Origin: Macrostomum lignano
Lineage: Eukaryota
Reading direction: 5' to 3'
DNA: 64,000 nt
NCBI GenBank assembly: GCA_002269645.1
Contig: NIVC01003806.1
Coordinates: 12,090 to 76,089, forward strand
The notes beneath the pieces were generated by a model, which had not been told where the DNA came from, did no database searches, and saw only the letters and a program-made list of their open reading frames with translations. Position 1 is the stretch's first letter, and every line of letters starts with the position of its first letter. The position numbers were made by a program, and so were the translations under genes. Below, piece after piece: positions 24,655-57,645 of the stretch.

Positions 24655-25545
24655 GGGGGGAGACACATCGGTCTGGGAAGAGACACATCGGTTTAAGAAG
24701 AGACGCATCGGTTAGAGAAGAGACACATCGGTTTGAGAAGAGACACATCGGTTTGAGAAGAGACGCATCGGTTAGAGAAGAGACGCATCGGTTTGGGGAG
24801 AGACTCATCGGTCTAAGAAAAGACGCATCGGTTTGAGAAGAGACACATCGGTTTGAGAAGAGACAGATCGGTCTGGGAAGAGACACATCGGTTTGAGAAG
24901 AGACACATCGGTCTGGGAAGAGACACGTCGGTCTGGGGAGAGACACATCGGTCTGGGAAGAGACACATCGGTCTGGGGAGAGACACATCGGTCTGGAAAG
25001 AGACACATCGGTTTGAGAAGAGACACATCGGTTTGAGAAGAGACGTATCGGTTTGAGAAGAGACACATCGGTTTGAGAAGAGACGTATCGGTTTGAGAAG
25101 AGACACATCGGTCTAAGGAGAGACGCATCGGTCTGGGGAGAGACGCATCGGTCTGGGAAGAGACACATCGGTTTGAGAAGAGACACATCGGTCTGGGAAG
25201 AGACACGTCGGTCTGGGAAGAGACACATCGGTCTGGGAAGAGACACATCGGTCTGGGGAGAGACACATCGGTCTGGAAAGAGACACATCGGTTTGAGAAG
25301 AGACACATCGGTTTGAGAAGAGACGTATCGGTTTGAGAAGAGACACATCGGTCTAAGGAGAGACGCATCGGTCTGGGGAGAGACGCATCGGTCTAGGAAG
25401 AGACACATCGGTTTGAGAAGAGACACATCGGTCTGGGAAGAGACACGTCGGTCTGGGAAGAGACACATCGGTCTGGGAAGAGACACGTCGGTCTGGGGAG
25501 AGACACATCGGTCTGGAAAGAGACACATCGGTCTGGAGAGAGATG
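24655..25545. repeat. 20-bp minisatellite (AGACACATCGGTTTGAGAAG and variants)
   Basis: Direct reading; includes a 240-bp block duplication. Confidence 0.93.
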
Positions 25546-26102
25546 TCGGACCGATTTGCATCGATTTTGAAGGCCTGACCCTCGTGTTCCTCTAAGGCCC
25601 AGCTCTTAGCCTGTATCAATTCACCTTTAAGCAACCAATATGAGCTGAGGGAAATTTAGCCTGCAGACGACGGGCCTTCATTAGACCTTTATTGATCCAT
25701 TGTTCGGTGCGATATACGACAACATTAAGAAGCATGAGTGGACATGCAAGAGGTGCAGCAGTACCCGTACAGTTTCTGGGGCGCTTCATGCACAAGCACG
25801 GCAGGTAACACAATGCAAAGTATTTTCACTATTAGCAACGCAATTATTTATCGAAGATTATGAGTAACAAAAGCATTTTCTGCCAACGTCAGAAAATATT
25901 TGCATTCGATTTAGAAAAGGACACAGCACACTGTGCAAACTTGTGGTTTCTTGTTTCTGTCCACCAAAAAGAGATGATAAAATCTATCAATCTATCAACG
26001 TAGTATTCGCTAGATCCAGCTGTGTACATTAGCCTCCAGAGAAATCAATGACGTTGGTTAACCAGCATCCGGTATCTGCCACAATCTGATTATTTGCCTG
26101 TG

Positions 26103-40140
<14,038 letters not shown>

Positions 40141-40579
40141 GCTGTTCAGGGGAGTCGAGATGTGCTCAGGAGAGCGGGAGGGTTCGCGTGCCGGCTGCCG
40201 TCAGGGCGGCTGCGCTGTCATCGGGGTGCCGCGGTGCCGAGCATCGGAGGCGAAGCTGAGGTGCTGCTGGTGGCTGCGAATGAATAGGTTTTGGGTTGCG
40301 TTATCTACGGCAATATTCTGTTCAAACACTTCGAGAGCCTCTGAAATCCCTCCAACTTTCAAATTCTAACAAATCCTGCCAAAACTCTATAGAAAATCCC
40401 GACTGAACACTCCGAAACCCTATTCAAACTTTCCTAAACCCCAGCTAAAACCATCTAAACCAGCCCGAAACCCACGGAAACACCGTCCTCATCCTACAGA
40501 AACTACCAACAACTTTTCCACAACCAAATTAAATGTCTTGAAGCATTTAAACAATACTCAAGGCTTTCTTGCTGGAACG

Positions 40580-40886
40580 GGGGTTGTTGCTTAGTGATCA
40601 GAGAGTCGGACTCACGACTGAAAAGTCGGGGGTTCGATTCCCGATCCCACTGGGAACAATTTGTGTCCTTGAGCAAGACACTTAACTCTGCATTGCTTCA
40701 GTTCACCCAGCTGTAAAATGGTGCCAGCATTAGCTGGGGTAATTGAGGGTGTGTTGCGACCCCCCAGTCCTTGGACTGAACAGCCGTACGCAGCCTTCAG
40801 ATGCGCCGCGCAATAGCTGCGGCTGAGCTGTCGATTGCAAATCTGCTCGTTAGGGCAGGTGTAAGCAATTATTATTATTGTTATTT
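40580..40886 (+). mobile_element. tRNA-derived CORE-SINE (family B)
   Basis: A-box-like TTGCTTAGTGA, B box GGTTCGATTCCC, the MIR-core-like TGTGTCCTTGAGCAAGACACTTAACTCTG...CTTCAGTTCACCCAGCTGTAAAATGG, and an ATTATTATTATT tail. Confidence 0.85.
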
Positions 40887-41159
40887 CTGGAAGTTATACG
40901 GTTTCAAGCAAAGCTTAACAAAGCGAAGAAGAGATCGGCATCATTCTGTCCTGGAATCAATCTAATGAACTATTTTGAAATCAGATAGAATGAAGAGTTT
41001 TCCTTCTTTCCAGAGAAGACCACTTGAATGTACTGCGCGTTTACGGTGCGGATTAACTGGCTGAGTTGGCCAGTAAGTGGAGCTGTTTAAGTCGGCTCTT
41101 GGATCGATATTTTATGAGTCAGTCTTTTGTCCTCATTAATGTGATTACCCTGCGGCAGT

Positions 41160-41428
41160 ACATTCCAGGTAAGACCTGAGTGATTCCAGGTAAGACCTGA
41201 GTGATTCTAGGTAAGACCTGAGTGATTCCAGGTAAGACCTGAGTGATTCTAGGTAAGACCTGAGTGATTCCAGGTAAGAGCTGAGTGATTCCAGGTAAGA
41301 CCTGAGTGATTCCATGTAAGAGCTGAGTGATTCCAGGTAAGAGCTGAGTGATTCCAGGTAAGACCTGAGTGATTCCAGGTAAGAGCTGAGTGATTCCAGG
41401 TAAGAGCTGAGTGATTCCAGGTAAGAGA
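41160..41428. repeat. 21-bp minisatellite (CCAGGTAAGACCTGAGTGATT)
   Basis: About 13 units. Confidence 0.9.
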
Positions 41429-41934
41429 CAGAGGCGTCCATAACGTGTGGAACGCTAGGGGGTATAATTTTTCACCTGAAGAAAAAAGCACAGATTGTTG
41501 CAGAATTTGTAGCGGACTTGCTGCTGTTAACTAATCACCAATTACATGCAGACGACAGACAAGAAAGAGCTCTATCCCTACTCACGGGCGCCAACCCTCC
41601 CCAGCAACTGCCTGTGAGCTGCTAAGCTGTCAGTTCAGGTGGGAGGCTCTGGCAGCACCACATATGGATTGACAGGTCTCTTGGCTCGGCTGAAGATGGA
41701 ATTTGACGGACGGGAAATGCCTCTGCGGGGGGTTGAGAAGGAGGCGGAGAAACGAGGGGTTGATTGCCCGTCAAAGTTTTTAGTTTTCAGCGTAAAGTGA
41801 TTGACATCCCTGAGAATTTTGCTTTCTAACGTTTGAAGCAATTATCGAACAGCTCGCTTGAGGTGAGCTGTGGCTAGAAATAGGTTCAGGTTGCCCCTCA
41901 TTTTGAGAATCATAGGCTGGGATTCCAGATAATA

Positions 41935-42372
41935 ATTTGGGATTCTATGGGACAAGTGAGGTCCGATTCTGTGGGATATTTGAGCTGGGATTCTATGGGA
42001 TAATTGAGGTGGGATTCTGCAGGATAATTGAGGTGGGATTCTATGGGATAACTGAGGTGGGATTCTGTGGGATAATTGAGGTGGGATTCTGAGGGATAAT
42101 TGAGGTGGGATTCTGTGGGATAATTGAGGTGGGATTCTATGGGATAACTGAGGTGGGATTCTATGGGATAAATGAGGTGGGATTCTGTGGGATAATTGAG
42201 GTGGGATTCTGAGGGATAATTGAGGTGGGATTCTATGGGATAACTGAGGTGGGATTCTATGGGATAACTGAGGTGGGATTCTGTGGGATAATTGAGGTGG
42301 GATTCTGTGGGATAATTGAGGTGGGATTCTATGGGATAATTGAGGTGGGATTCTATGGGATAATTGAGGTGG
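41935..42372. repeat. 24-bp minisatellite (GGGATAATTGAGGTGGGATTCTAT)
   Basis: Direct reading. Confidence 0.9.
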
Positions 42373-42834
42373 AATAAACGTTTCATTGTTTCTGAGAACG
42401 AAATTTCACAATATACGACAGAAGGAGTTCGGGATACCAGAAAAGGAATTTGGTATCCAGGGGGACGCCCGACAAACAACTGAAAAGTAGAAAGTGCAGC
42501 GACTCACGCGGTAACTTGCGCGGGAAGCTGTGCTCAGCTCTCCCAGGCTACTTGGCTTTGAATGAGGTGGAAAGGCAACGGGGGGGGGCGGCAAACCGGG
42601 CCGGTTGCGATGGTCCAGAATCGGGTCGCGGCTGGGCCAAGAGGCTGCCTGAATTCACATATCAATCATCAGTCCGACCCGCTGTTTCAAAGGCCTCCCT
42701 GATTGGCTGGAGGCCTGCGGGCCGATCAGGGCCAGCTGGGATTTACGAATTGATTCAGATCGCAGGAGGGGCCTTCCTTTGTTGGAGAGGCTTGCAGCGC
42801 TTGCCAGTAGTTTGCTAAAGTGTAGCCACATGAT

Positions 42835-43362
42835 TCCATTCCACCCCCTGAGATTTCCATTCCACACCCTGAGATTTCCATTCCACACCCTGAGATTTCC
42901 ATTCCACACCCTGAGATTTCCATTCCACACCCTGAGATTTCCATTCCACACCCTGAGATTTTCATTCCACACCCTGAGATTTCCATTCCAAACCCTGAGA
43001 TTTCCATTCCACACCATGAGATTTCCATTCAACACCCTGAGATTTCCATTCCACACCCTGAGATTTCCATTCCACACCCTGAGATTTCCATTCCACACCC
43101 TGAGATTTCCATTCCACACCCTGAGATTTCCATTCCACACCCTGAGATTTCCATTCCACACCCTGAGATTTCCATTCCACACCCTGAGATTTCCATTCCA
43201 CACCCTGAGATTTCCATTCCACACCCTGAGATTTCCATTCCACACCCTGAGATTTCCATTCCACACCCTGAGATTTCCATTCCACACCCTGAGATTTCCA
43301 TTCCACACCCTGAGATTTCCATTCCACACCCTGAGATTTCCATTCCACACCCTGAGATTTCC
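42835..43362. repeat. 21-bp minisatellite (CCACACCCTGAGATTTCCATT)
   Basis: About 25 near-identical units. Confidence 0.95.
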
Positions 43363-43614
43363 AGTCTGTAGCTAATTAAGCAGAGTTTCGGTTCAGCTAT
43401 TACTTAAGTTTTTGTTAATCAATTTCGTAAGAAAAACGCAGCATAACCGGCATACTCTACTGCAGCTAGTAGCCGAACATGCAACCGTAGTACACACTTA
43501 CAAGTGTCACATGACAATTGGCTAATTTAAATCAAATTACTCGTATCATAATATTAGAACTTGCTGTCTAAATTATTTTAGAAATACAGGTAAACAGATA
43601 AGTAAACAGATATC

Positions 43615-44410
43615 AAAAGACAGGTGATGTGGTTACAAAGATCTACCAAAAGGCAGGTGATGTAGTTACAAAGATCTACCAAAAGACAGGTGATGTGGTT
43701 ACAAAGATCTACCAAAGGACAGGTGATGTGGTTACAAAGATCTACCAAAGGACAGGTGATGTGGTTACAAAGATCTACCAAAGGACAGGTGATGTGGTTA
43801 CAAAGATCTACCAAAGGACAGGTGATGTGGTTACAAAGATCTACCAAAGGACAGGTGATGTGGTTACAAAGATCCACCAAAGGACAGGTGATGTGGTTAC
43901 AAAGATCTACCAAAGGACAGGTGATGTGGTTACAAAGATCCAATTTGAGACAGGTGATGTGGTTACAAAGATCCAATTTGAGACAGGTGATGTGGTTACA
44001 AAGATCTACCAAAGGACAGGTGATGTGGTTACAAAGATCTACCAAAGGACAGGTGATGTGGTTACAAAGATCTACCAAAGGACAGGTGATGTGGTTACAA
44101 AGATCTACCAAAGGACAGGTGATGTGGTTACAAAGATCCACCAAAGGACAGGTGATGTGGTTACAAAGATCTACCAAAGGACAGGTGATGTGGTTACAAA
44201 GATCCAATTTGAGACAGGTGATGTGGTTACAAAGATCTACCAAAGGACAGGTGATGTGGTTACAAAGATCCACCAAAGGACAGGTGATGTGGTTACAAAG
44301 ATCTACCAAAGGACAGGTGATGTGGATACAAAGATCTACCAAAGGACAGGTGATGTGGTTACAAAGATCCACCAAAAGGCAGGTGATGTGGTTGCAGAGA
44401 TCTATCAGTG
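43615..44410. repeat. 33-bp minisatellite (ACAGGTGATGTGGTTACAAAGATCTACCAAAGG)
   Basis: Direct reading. Confidence 0.93.
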
Positions 44411-44820
44411 AGCATCACTACAGGACAGGTAAATCAATTCCATATTAATCAATAATAGTTGAAGTTCCCAAGCGGAGTTGCTAGTCGGTGTTCACTGTCA
44501 GGCCCAAGCGGTTGCCAGTTCGCCAGCAAGAGCCGCCCGGAAACGCGGTCATGCGTTCGTCCCCAGCAGTGCAATGCCTCAAATGCAGACTTGTTCAATG
44601 GAAAGCTGAAAGGCAAAGCGGGCTGAGGGGTATCGCAGTGCGCATAAACAGTGCAGGCAGGCAGGCAGGCATGGAACTGAATTCCGCAGCCAGAATAAAG
44701 CACAGACAGCAGTGGGCTGCTTCTTATTATTTCATTCAGTTAGTTGAAAATGCCGTTATTCAATGAAGGAGAACCGAAGCCAGAGTACCGCGCTACTGGA
44801 GACATGCAGAAACACAAAAG

Positions 44821-44824
<4 letters not shown>

Positions 44825-44897
<73 letters not shown>

Positions 44898-44898
44898 G
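44825..44898. repeat. (GA)n microsatellite
   Basis: Direct reading. Confidence 0.95.
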
Positions 44899-45111
44899 GG
44901 ACGAACAGAAAGAAGCAAGGCAAAAGCAACTTGTAGCAATAGGTTGGTAAAAAGAAGCAGATACCGTAGTTTGCAATATATTACACTACTACAAAAATGC
45001 TGATTCTAAAATAGCGAATAGAGTTTTTACGTTATCTGCTTTTGTCTGAGCCTCTTTAAATGTTAATGGAGCAGTTCTCCGATGGCTAAGCACCCCTCCG
45101 GGTTCCCTGTC

Positions 45112-45795
45112 GCCACCACTCACAACACCCAGTTGGCTTGGCATTCCTCACAACACCCAGTTGGCTTGTCATTCCTCACAACACCCAGTTGGCTTGTCAT
45201 TCCTCACAACACCCAGTTGGCTTGTCATTCCTCACAACACCCAGTTGGCTTGTCATTCCTCACAACACCCAGTTGGCTTGTCATTCCTCACAACACCCAG
45301 TTGGCTTGGCGCCCCTCACAACACCCAGTTGGCGCCCCTCACAACACCCAGTTGGCTTGGCGCCTCTCACAACACCCAGTTGGCTTGGCATTCCTCACAA
45401 CACCCAGTTGGCTTGTCATTCCTCACAACACCCAGTTGGCTTGGCGCCCCTCACAACACCCAGTTGACTTGGCGCCCCTCACAACACCCAGTTGGCTTGG
45501 CGCCCCTCACAACACCCAGTTGACTTGGCGCCCCTCACAACACCCAGTTGGCTTGGCGCCACTCACAACACCCAGTTGGCGCCACTCACAACACCCAGTT
45601 GGCTTGGCGCCACTCACAACACCCAGTTGGCGCCCCTCACAACACCCAGTTGGCTTGGCGCCACTCACAACACCCAGTTGGCGCCACTCACAACACCCAG
45701 TTGGCTTGGCGCCACTCACAACACCCAGTTGGCGCCCCTCACAACACCCAGTTGGCTTGGCACCACTCACAACAGCCAGTTGGCGCCACTCACGG
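45112..45795. repeat. 23/28-bp minisatellite (CACAACACCCAGTTGGCTTGGCGCCCCT)
   Basis: Direct reading. Confidence 0.92.
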
Positions 45796-46852
45796 CGCCT
45801 TCTGAGCAGGCATTCTCCATTCCGCAGGCGCCATTCACCTCCTTGTCCCAAGCGTGCAGCTCATCAGAGCATCAAAGTGTAATTCTTATCCACCTTATCG
45901 TGTTATGACGGCAGCTTGTAAATTCTGCAGTTCTACAAGGTGCCCCGCTGTTTTAGGCTTGTAAAAAGTAAGACACCATTATGGTAGCAGATGCTACTGT
46001 AGACAGAAACGCATCATTTCAGCTTCTGTTGCAGCTGCCGAGTTTCCAAGCTCAAATTCTTTTCTGCTTCATCTCTGCATTTTCATTTTCCATCACTGCC
46101 TCCCTCTTGCTTGCACTGCACCCTGCCGCGCCAGGCAATTTCTTAGCAAACAGGGCGCCTCTTTCTCTCAAGACAAGTTTACTGAACACAAACAAACTGT
46201 GGTTGGTTCTGCCTGTCTGTCTGCCTGATTGTGTGCGCTCTGCGTGTTTATGAAGCCCAGGCCCTCCGGCTCTGTGCGCCTGGCACGCACCAGCACAATT
46301 GCCAATTATTCTGGCTCTTTGCTCTGCCACTCCGACTCTCGAGTGACTCAGAATCTCCACACACGCGCACACAGCTCCATCTCATATTTTTTATTATAGA
46401 AAGAATATTGTCCATCCATCACCGAGTTCGACCCAACCTTGAGCACACGCCCGCTCGCTCAGTGAGTTCTCGACTCTCTTAGCAGAGAGGGTCGAGCCAG
46501 CCCCCCCCCCGAGCTCTGCCAGTTGCTAACCAAAACTTTCTGAGTAGTTTTGACAGAGCCAAGGTGAGGAAGGCCTGGACACAATAGGACTGGGACAGGC
46601 AGTCCATATTGCCGTCCGTCTCAGCCTCGGGCTCAAAAGATAAGGACCGAAGCCTCATAGCCTTAAAAAATAAGAAGAGACAGAGAAAGCAGCAATAAAA
46701 GAAGACTTCAAGCGCTTTTTTTGTCTGCTCGACTTGCTTTTGCTTTCAGCAGCAGCCGAGGCATCTTGCTGGCTAAACATGGAAAACTGCCTGCCCGCGC
46801 TTCTGTAGCCACTTCGCATTTTAGTTTCTTTGAAATTCCACTTTTTTCTGCA

Positions 46853-53607
<6,755 letters not shown>

Positions 53608-54861
53608 AAATTTCATCGGGGCAGCTTTCCTGTATTACGATTGTAAACTATACAAAAAAAACTGTTTTTTTAATTAATGCATTGCTGAAAAACATTCTAC
53701 ATTGTAATTAGTGCTTAGATTTGCATGGGTATGCGCCGGTCATTAAAAAACACCTGGCAGCAAAAGGGCGTGACGCTTGATTTGCCCCTGCTTTAGCACT
53801 AAATAGGCAACTTTCTTGCCTATTAGACATTCGATGACGGGGATATGAAGTCTGAAATCATAAATCCTTTGAATGCTTCTTGAATAGAAGTCCGAGCATC
53901 TCTCTTAATGCCAGCGAGTTTTAAATATTGTTTCTGCTCCCTGTCTCACCTGTGCCTCTCATCCTGAGCTTCAAGCACTCATGCGGTACATTTGACACCG
54001 AATCTGCACCTATGCACGATCTGCAAGAGTGGCACCCTTCTGCTTCGTGCATGCGGTGCCCGATTGTACATTATCAAGTTACATGCTGGCCTAGTTGCGG
54101 ATGCACGTCTCTCCTTGCAGAGCAAAAACTGTAGAAGCAGTTTTAAACAGCAGCTTCTTCACAATTGGTGATATTTGCAAACATATTTTATGTGGTTCGT
54201 AATACTGTATTGTTTTTTGCTAGCGTTTTGCATTCGAGACCCACAGCTGAAATAGAATTTTCTGAACAATTTTTATGTTTATCTGAGTGATGTTGCGGTT
54301 GAGTCTGTATAACTCTCGCGCAAGCTGTGTACAGTCCCCCCGATCCCCTGTGCATACCGCCGCTTCGCTTCCGTGCACATCAGTAATAAATCAAATAAAA
54401 GCTCGAATTAAATTTCAATTAACACTTTTTGTTGTCTAAAAACACTTTAATAATTATTTTGTATATTTTTTGAAACCGAACAAGGCCAAAAGTTGAGTCA
54501 TGCAAACTGGTTTCAAATTTTTGGTAAAGCGTCTTTAAGGAGCATGAAATAATCTTACGCAAGAGAAAAGAATGAAAGAATGTTATATATAAGCGCTTTT
54601 GCTTTGGAAATAAAAGTATTAAACCTTGAAAACAGTTTTACAAGAATAATTATAATTAACAATTTGGCATACGTGCTCTGAGCACCCGGTGCTGTATAGT
54701 GGCACCAGTTCAGATGAACAACAGTCGTTCAGTTTGACATGCAAAGTTTTCTGCGATAGTGACTTTTACTCTCAGTTACCATCTAGCCTTCGTTAAAGTC
54801 GGTGTCAAAAGAGAAATTTGTCTGCATTGTTTATGTCTGTCAGCTCGCGAGCCAGGCCTTA

Positions 54862-57645
54862 TTAATTTCCACGAAATATCAACTTCTTTGTCAGGAAATT
54901 GTCAAACACCGGAGTCTCCACCAATGGAGATGGAGATCGCACCACCAATTCGCGCAGGTGCTGGGTGAACTCTGGCAGCTCTGGCGGCGGATAGTTAAAA
55001 TGTTTTTGCAACTCCGCCGAGAAGGCCGAACCCTCGCAGTCACCGCCCTGATGGCTGTACAACATCAACGTGTCCCTGTGGACTCGCACGTCTCCATAGG
55101 CTGCCATCCCACCCGGAGACACGCCTTGATTCAGCAGCAGTTTTGGCAGTCCCTCGCGAGTTCGGGCAGGCCCAAGCAGCCCCAGCTTCTCGTCGAAGGA
55201 CAGGCGACCGAAGTCAAGCAGCGCAAGAGCCCAGGCACTGCTTTCAGTTTCAACGGCTATTCTTCTTTGCACATAGTCTCTGAACTTTGATGATACATTT
55301 GATCGGAGATCCACAACGTAAAAGCCTTTGCTATCAAGAAAGTTTCGCAAATTCTGCTGAACTTTCTCCTTGGCCTCAATTCGATAGTGACACTGACCAT
55401 CGACATCCACCAAATTAAAGGCAGCCAGGAACGCTTGCCTATTGTCATCAATTTTGTAGACATCGGCGTCGTCTGGCGTGACAAGGTTTCTCACGTTTTG
55501 AAACTCATTGGCGTCTCCGCCGCCTCCGCCTCCACCACCGCTGCCTCCGCCACCGCCTCCGCCGCCGCCTCCACCGCCGCCTCCGCCTCCTCCTCCTCCG
55601 CTACCTCCACCGCCGCCGCTTCCGCCTCCGCCTCTACCTACGGCTCCTTCACGACTATCACTAACAGTATCGACCACCGACACCCTAGCCTGACATGTAT
55701 CCTGCACGGCCACCACCCCAAACACCCCGTCTCCATGGTTACTCGGCGGTCGCCGTTTGTCAGCCTTGGCGCAAAACTGCTCTTTCGGCCGACCATTCCA
55801 CCCGAGGTCCTGTCCTCCTGACTGCCCACTGTCGACTGATGCGTGCGCTTTCTGCTACTTCTCCTGTTCGAGCCGCTGTGGTTGCTGGCATATTTTCCGC
55901 TCCCGCTTGAAGGCCCTCCAGCTCCGTCCCTGTCATTGGATTCGGCCGCCACAGAGCTTGACTGGCCGGCAGTGAGCTCAGTAATCCTGTAGGTTAGTTC
56001 GATCCGGATGCTGAGTCATTAAAATTGCCGCACATTGAAATATACCTTAATGTAAATTCTAAGAAACCAAAACGGTACTTACGTCTTCCGTATGAATTTA
56101 GTCGCTTGTGGCCTCTCGTTGGCTTGGGCCCACTCTTCCGCAGTGAGTCCGTGCTCTCCCTTCGCCTCCCAGTCGGCCGGGTCCTTGATGTAGCGAGCCA
56201 GCGTCTCCAGACAGGCCACCTGATTTCGTCTGGCGGCCAGAATGATGGCGGTGTTGCCGCGGTTGTCCGTCAGCCTGTAGTTGGCCTTCTTCTTCAGGAG
56301 CAACTCAGCGATGGCTGCGTGACCTCTCTGGGCGGCGTACATGAGGGCAGTGAAGCCGGACCTGTCCTGCAATGCAAAACAAAGTGGAAGCGTTATGATT
56401 ATTAGGGAACTGTTTTTATTAGTTTCATTCGAATTTTTTATCTCACCTGGCAGTTGAACAGCACCATCTCGTTGCTGAGCAAGGTTTTCGCGATGGCCTC
56501 GCAGCCAGCCACGCTGGCAAGAATAAGCGCAGTTCGCTTGCTGTAGTCCACAAAATTGACCGCCTCTTTGCTGCGAGAGTTCAGCTGATAGATAGTTAGG
56601 AATTCCTGCGGGTTGCCTTTGGCAGCCGCTCGCAGCATCGCGTTCTGGCCGCTGATGTCCACGTCGCTGGCTAGGACATCCCCTGTAGTTGAGGATCTGT
56701 GCAGACTTTTAGTCTCTGGTAGGCCGGTTTTTCGATACTTTTCATCTGCGAAAAAATTCGAAAAATACGAATCGATTACAGATTTAAGTCGATCTGGAGA
56801 CACAAACTACCTGAACTCTGTTGCTTCACCTTTATTAAAAAAGTAATAGTAGACTATTAGTATACCTCTTGCTGTATTATAGTTGAAAAAATTGCTAGAA
56901 ATTTAAATCTGTTGTTACGTAGCAGAGTTAAGATTTACTGAACTGCTACAATTAACTTTCATAGAGTTCATTTTATTTAATAATTTTCCCCTTTCATTTG
57001 CTAATGTTTAACCGTTTCGGGCTTGAGGAGCGTGAAAAAACTTTAGTTCCTAGTGCTGAAGGTCTTTCCACGGTAAATCCGTGGAAGAACCGGCCGGAAT
57101 AGACTAGTTATTGCGTTGGCAATACCAGGAATTTGCCACGGAATTGCCGTGGAATTGCCGAGTTAGTTTTATTATTTTACTGTACAAGCATTACTGTACA
57201 ACAACTACTAGTTAGTCTAGTAGTCCTTGGTACACATAGAGAAAAATTCAAGCCCTTGCTTGTACAGTCAAATAATAAAACTAACTCGGCAATTCCACGG
57301 CAATTCCGTGGGAAATTCCTGGAATTGCCAGCGCAATAACTTAATCTATTCCAACCGGTTCTTCCACGGATTTACCGTGGAAAAACCTTCAGCACTAGGA
57401 ACAAAAGTTTTTTTTCACGCTCCTCAAGCCCAAAGCGGTTGGGCATTGGAAAAAAGGGGAATATTTCATTATACTTCAGTTTGGGATTTGTGAGATGGGA
57501 AACAACATAAGGTGCAGCGAGTTTTGCGCCACTGCACGAACGAGCCTACCAGAATGAATGAAAAACATTTTCAAATCTTACCTGTCGAATGGCTGTGGTT
57601 GACACTTTTATGGAAACCATTGAGGCCACTGGTTGATTCGTTCAT
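54862..57645 (-). CDS. Ankyrin-repeat + caspase-like (catalytically dead) protein, about 576 aa; exons 57645-57582, 56745-56447, 56366-56083, 55986-55743, 55701-54862
   Basis: 4-5 ANK repeats (KRTALILASVAG, GFTALMYAAQRGH, GNTAIILAARRN), then a Ser/Gly-rich linker and polyG. The C-terminal ~200 aa align by eye to the caspase p20/p10 fold: YKID, NLRNFL..KGFYV, SS..ALLDFG, GLPKLLLNQG, RDTLMLYS, EGSAF, LTKKLIF. Splice phases are consistent (1731 nt). The last intron (41 nt) is inferred. Confidence 0.75.
57010..57440. mobile_element. Foldback MITE-like element with ~180-bp inverted arms
   Basis: 57010-57190 is the near-perfect reverse complement of 57257-57440, with a 66-bp spacer. The arms contain internal palindromes such as TTCCACGGTAAATCCGTGGAA. 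Confidence 0.85.
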
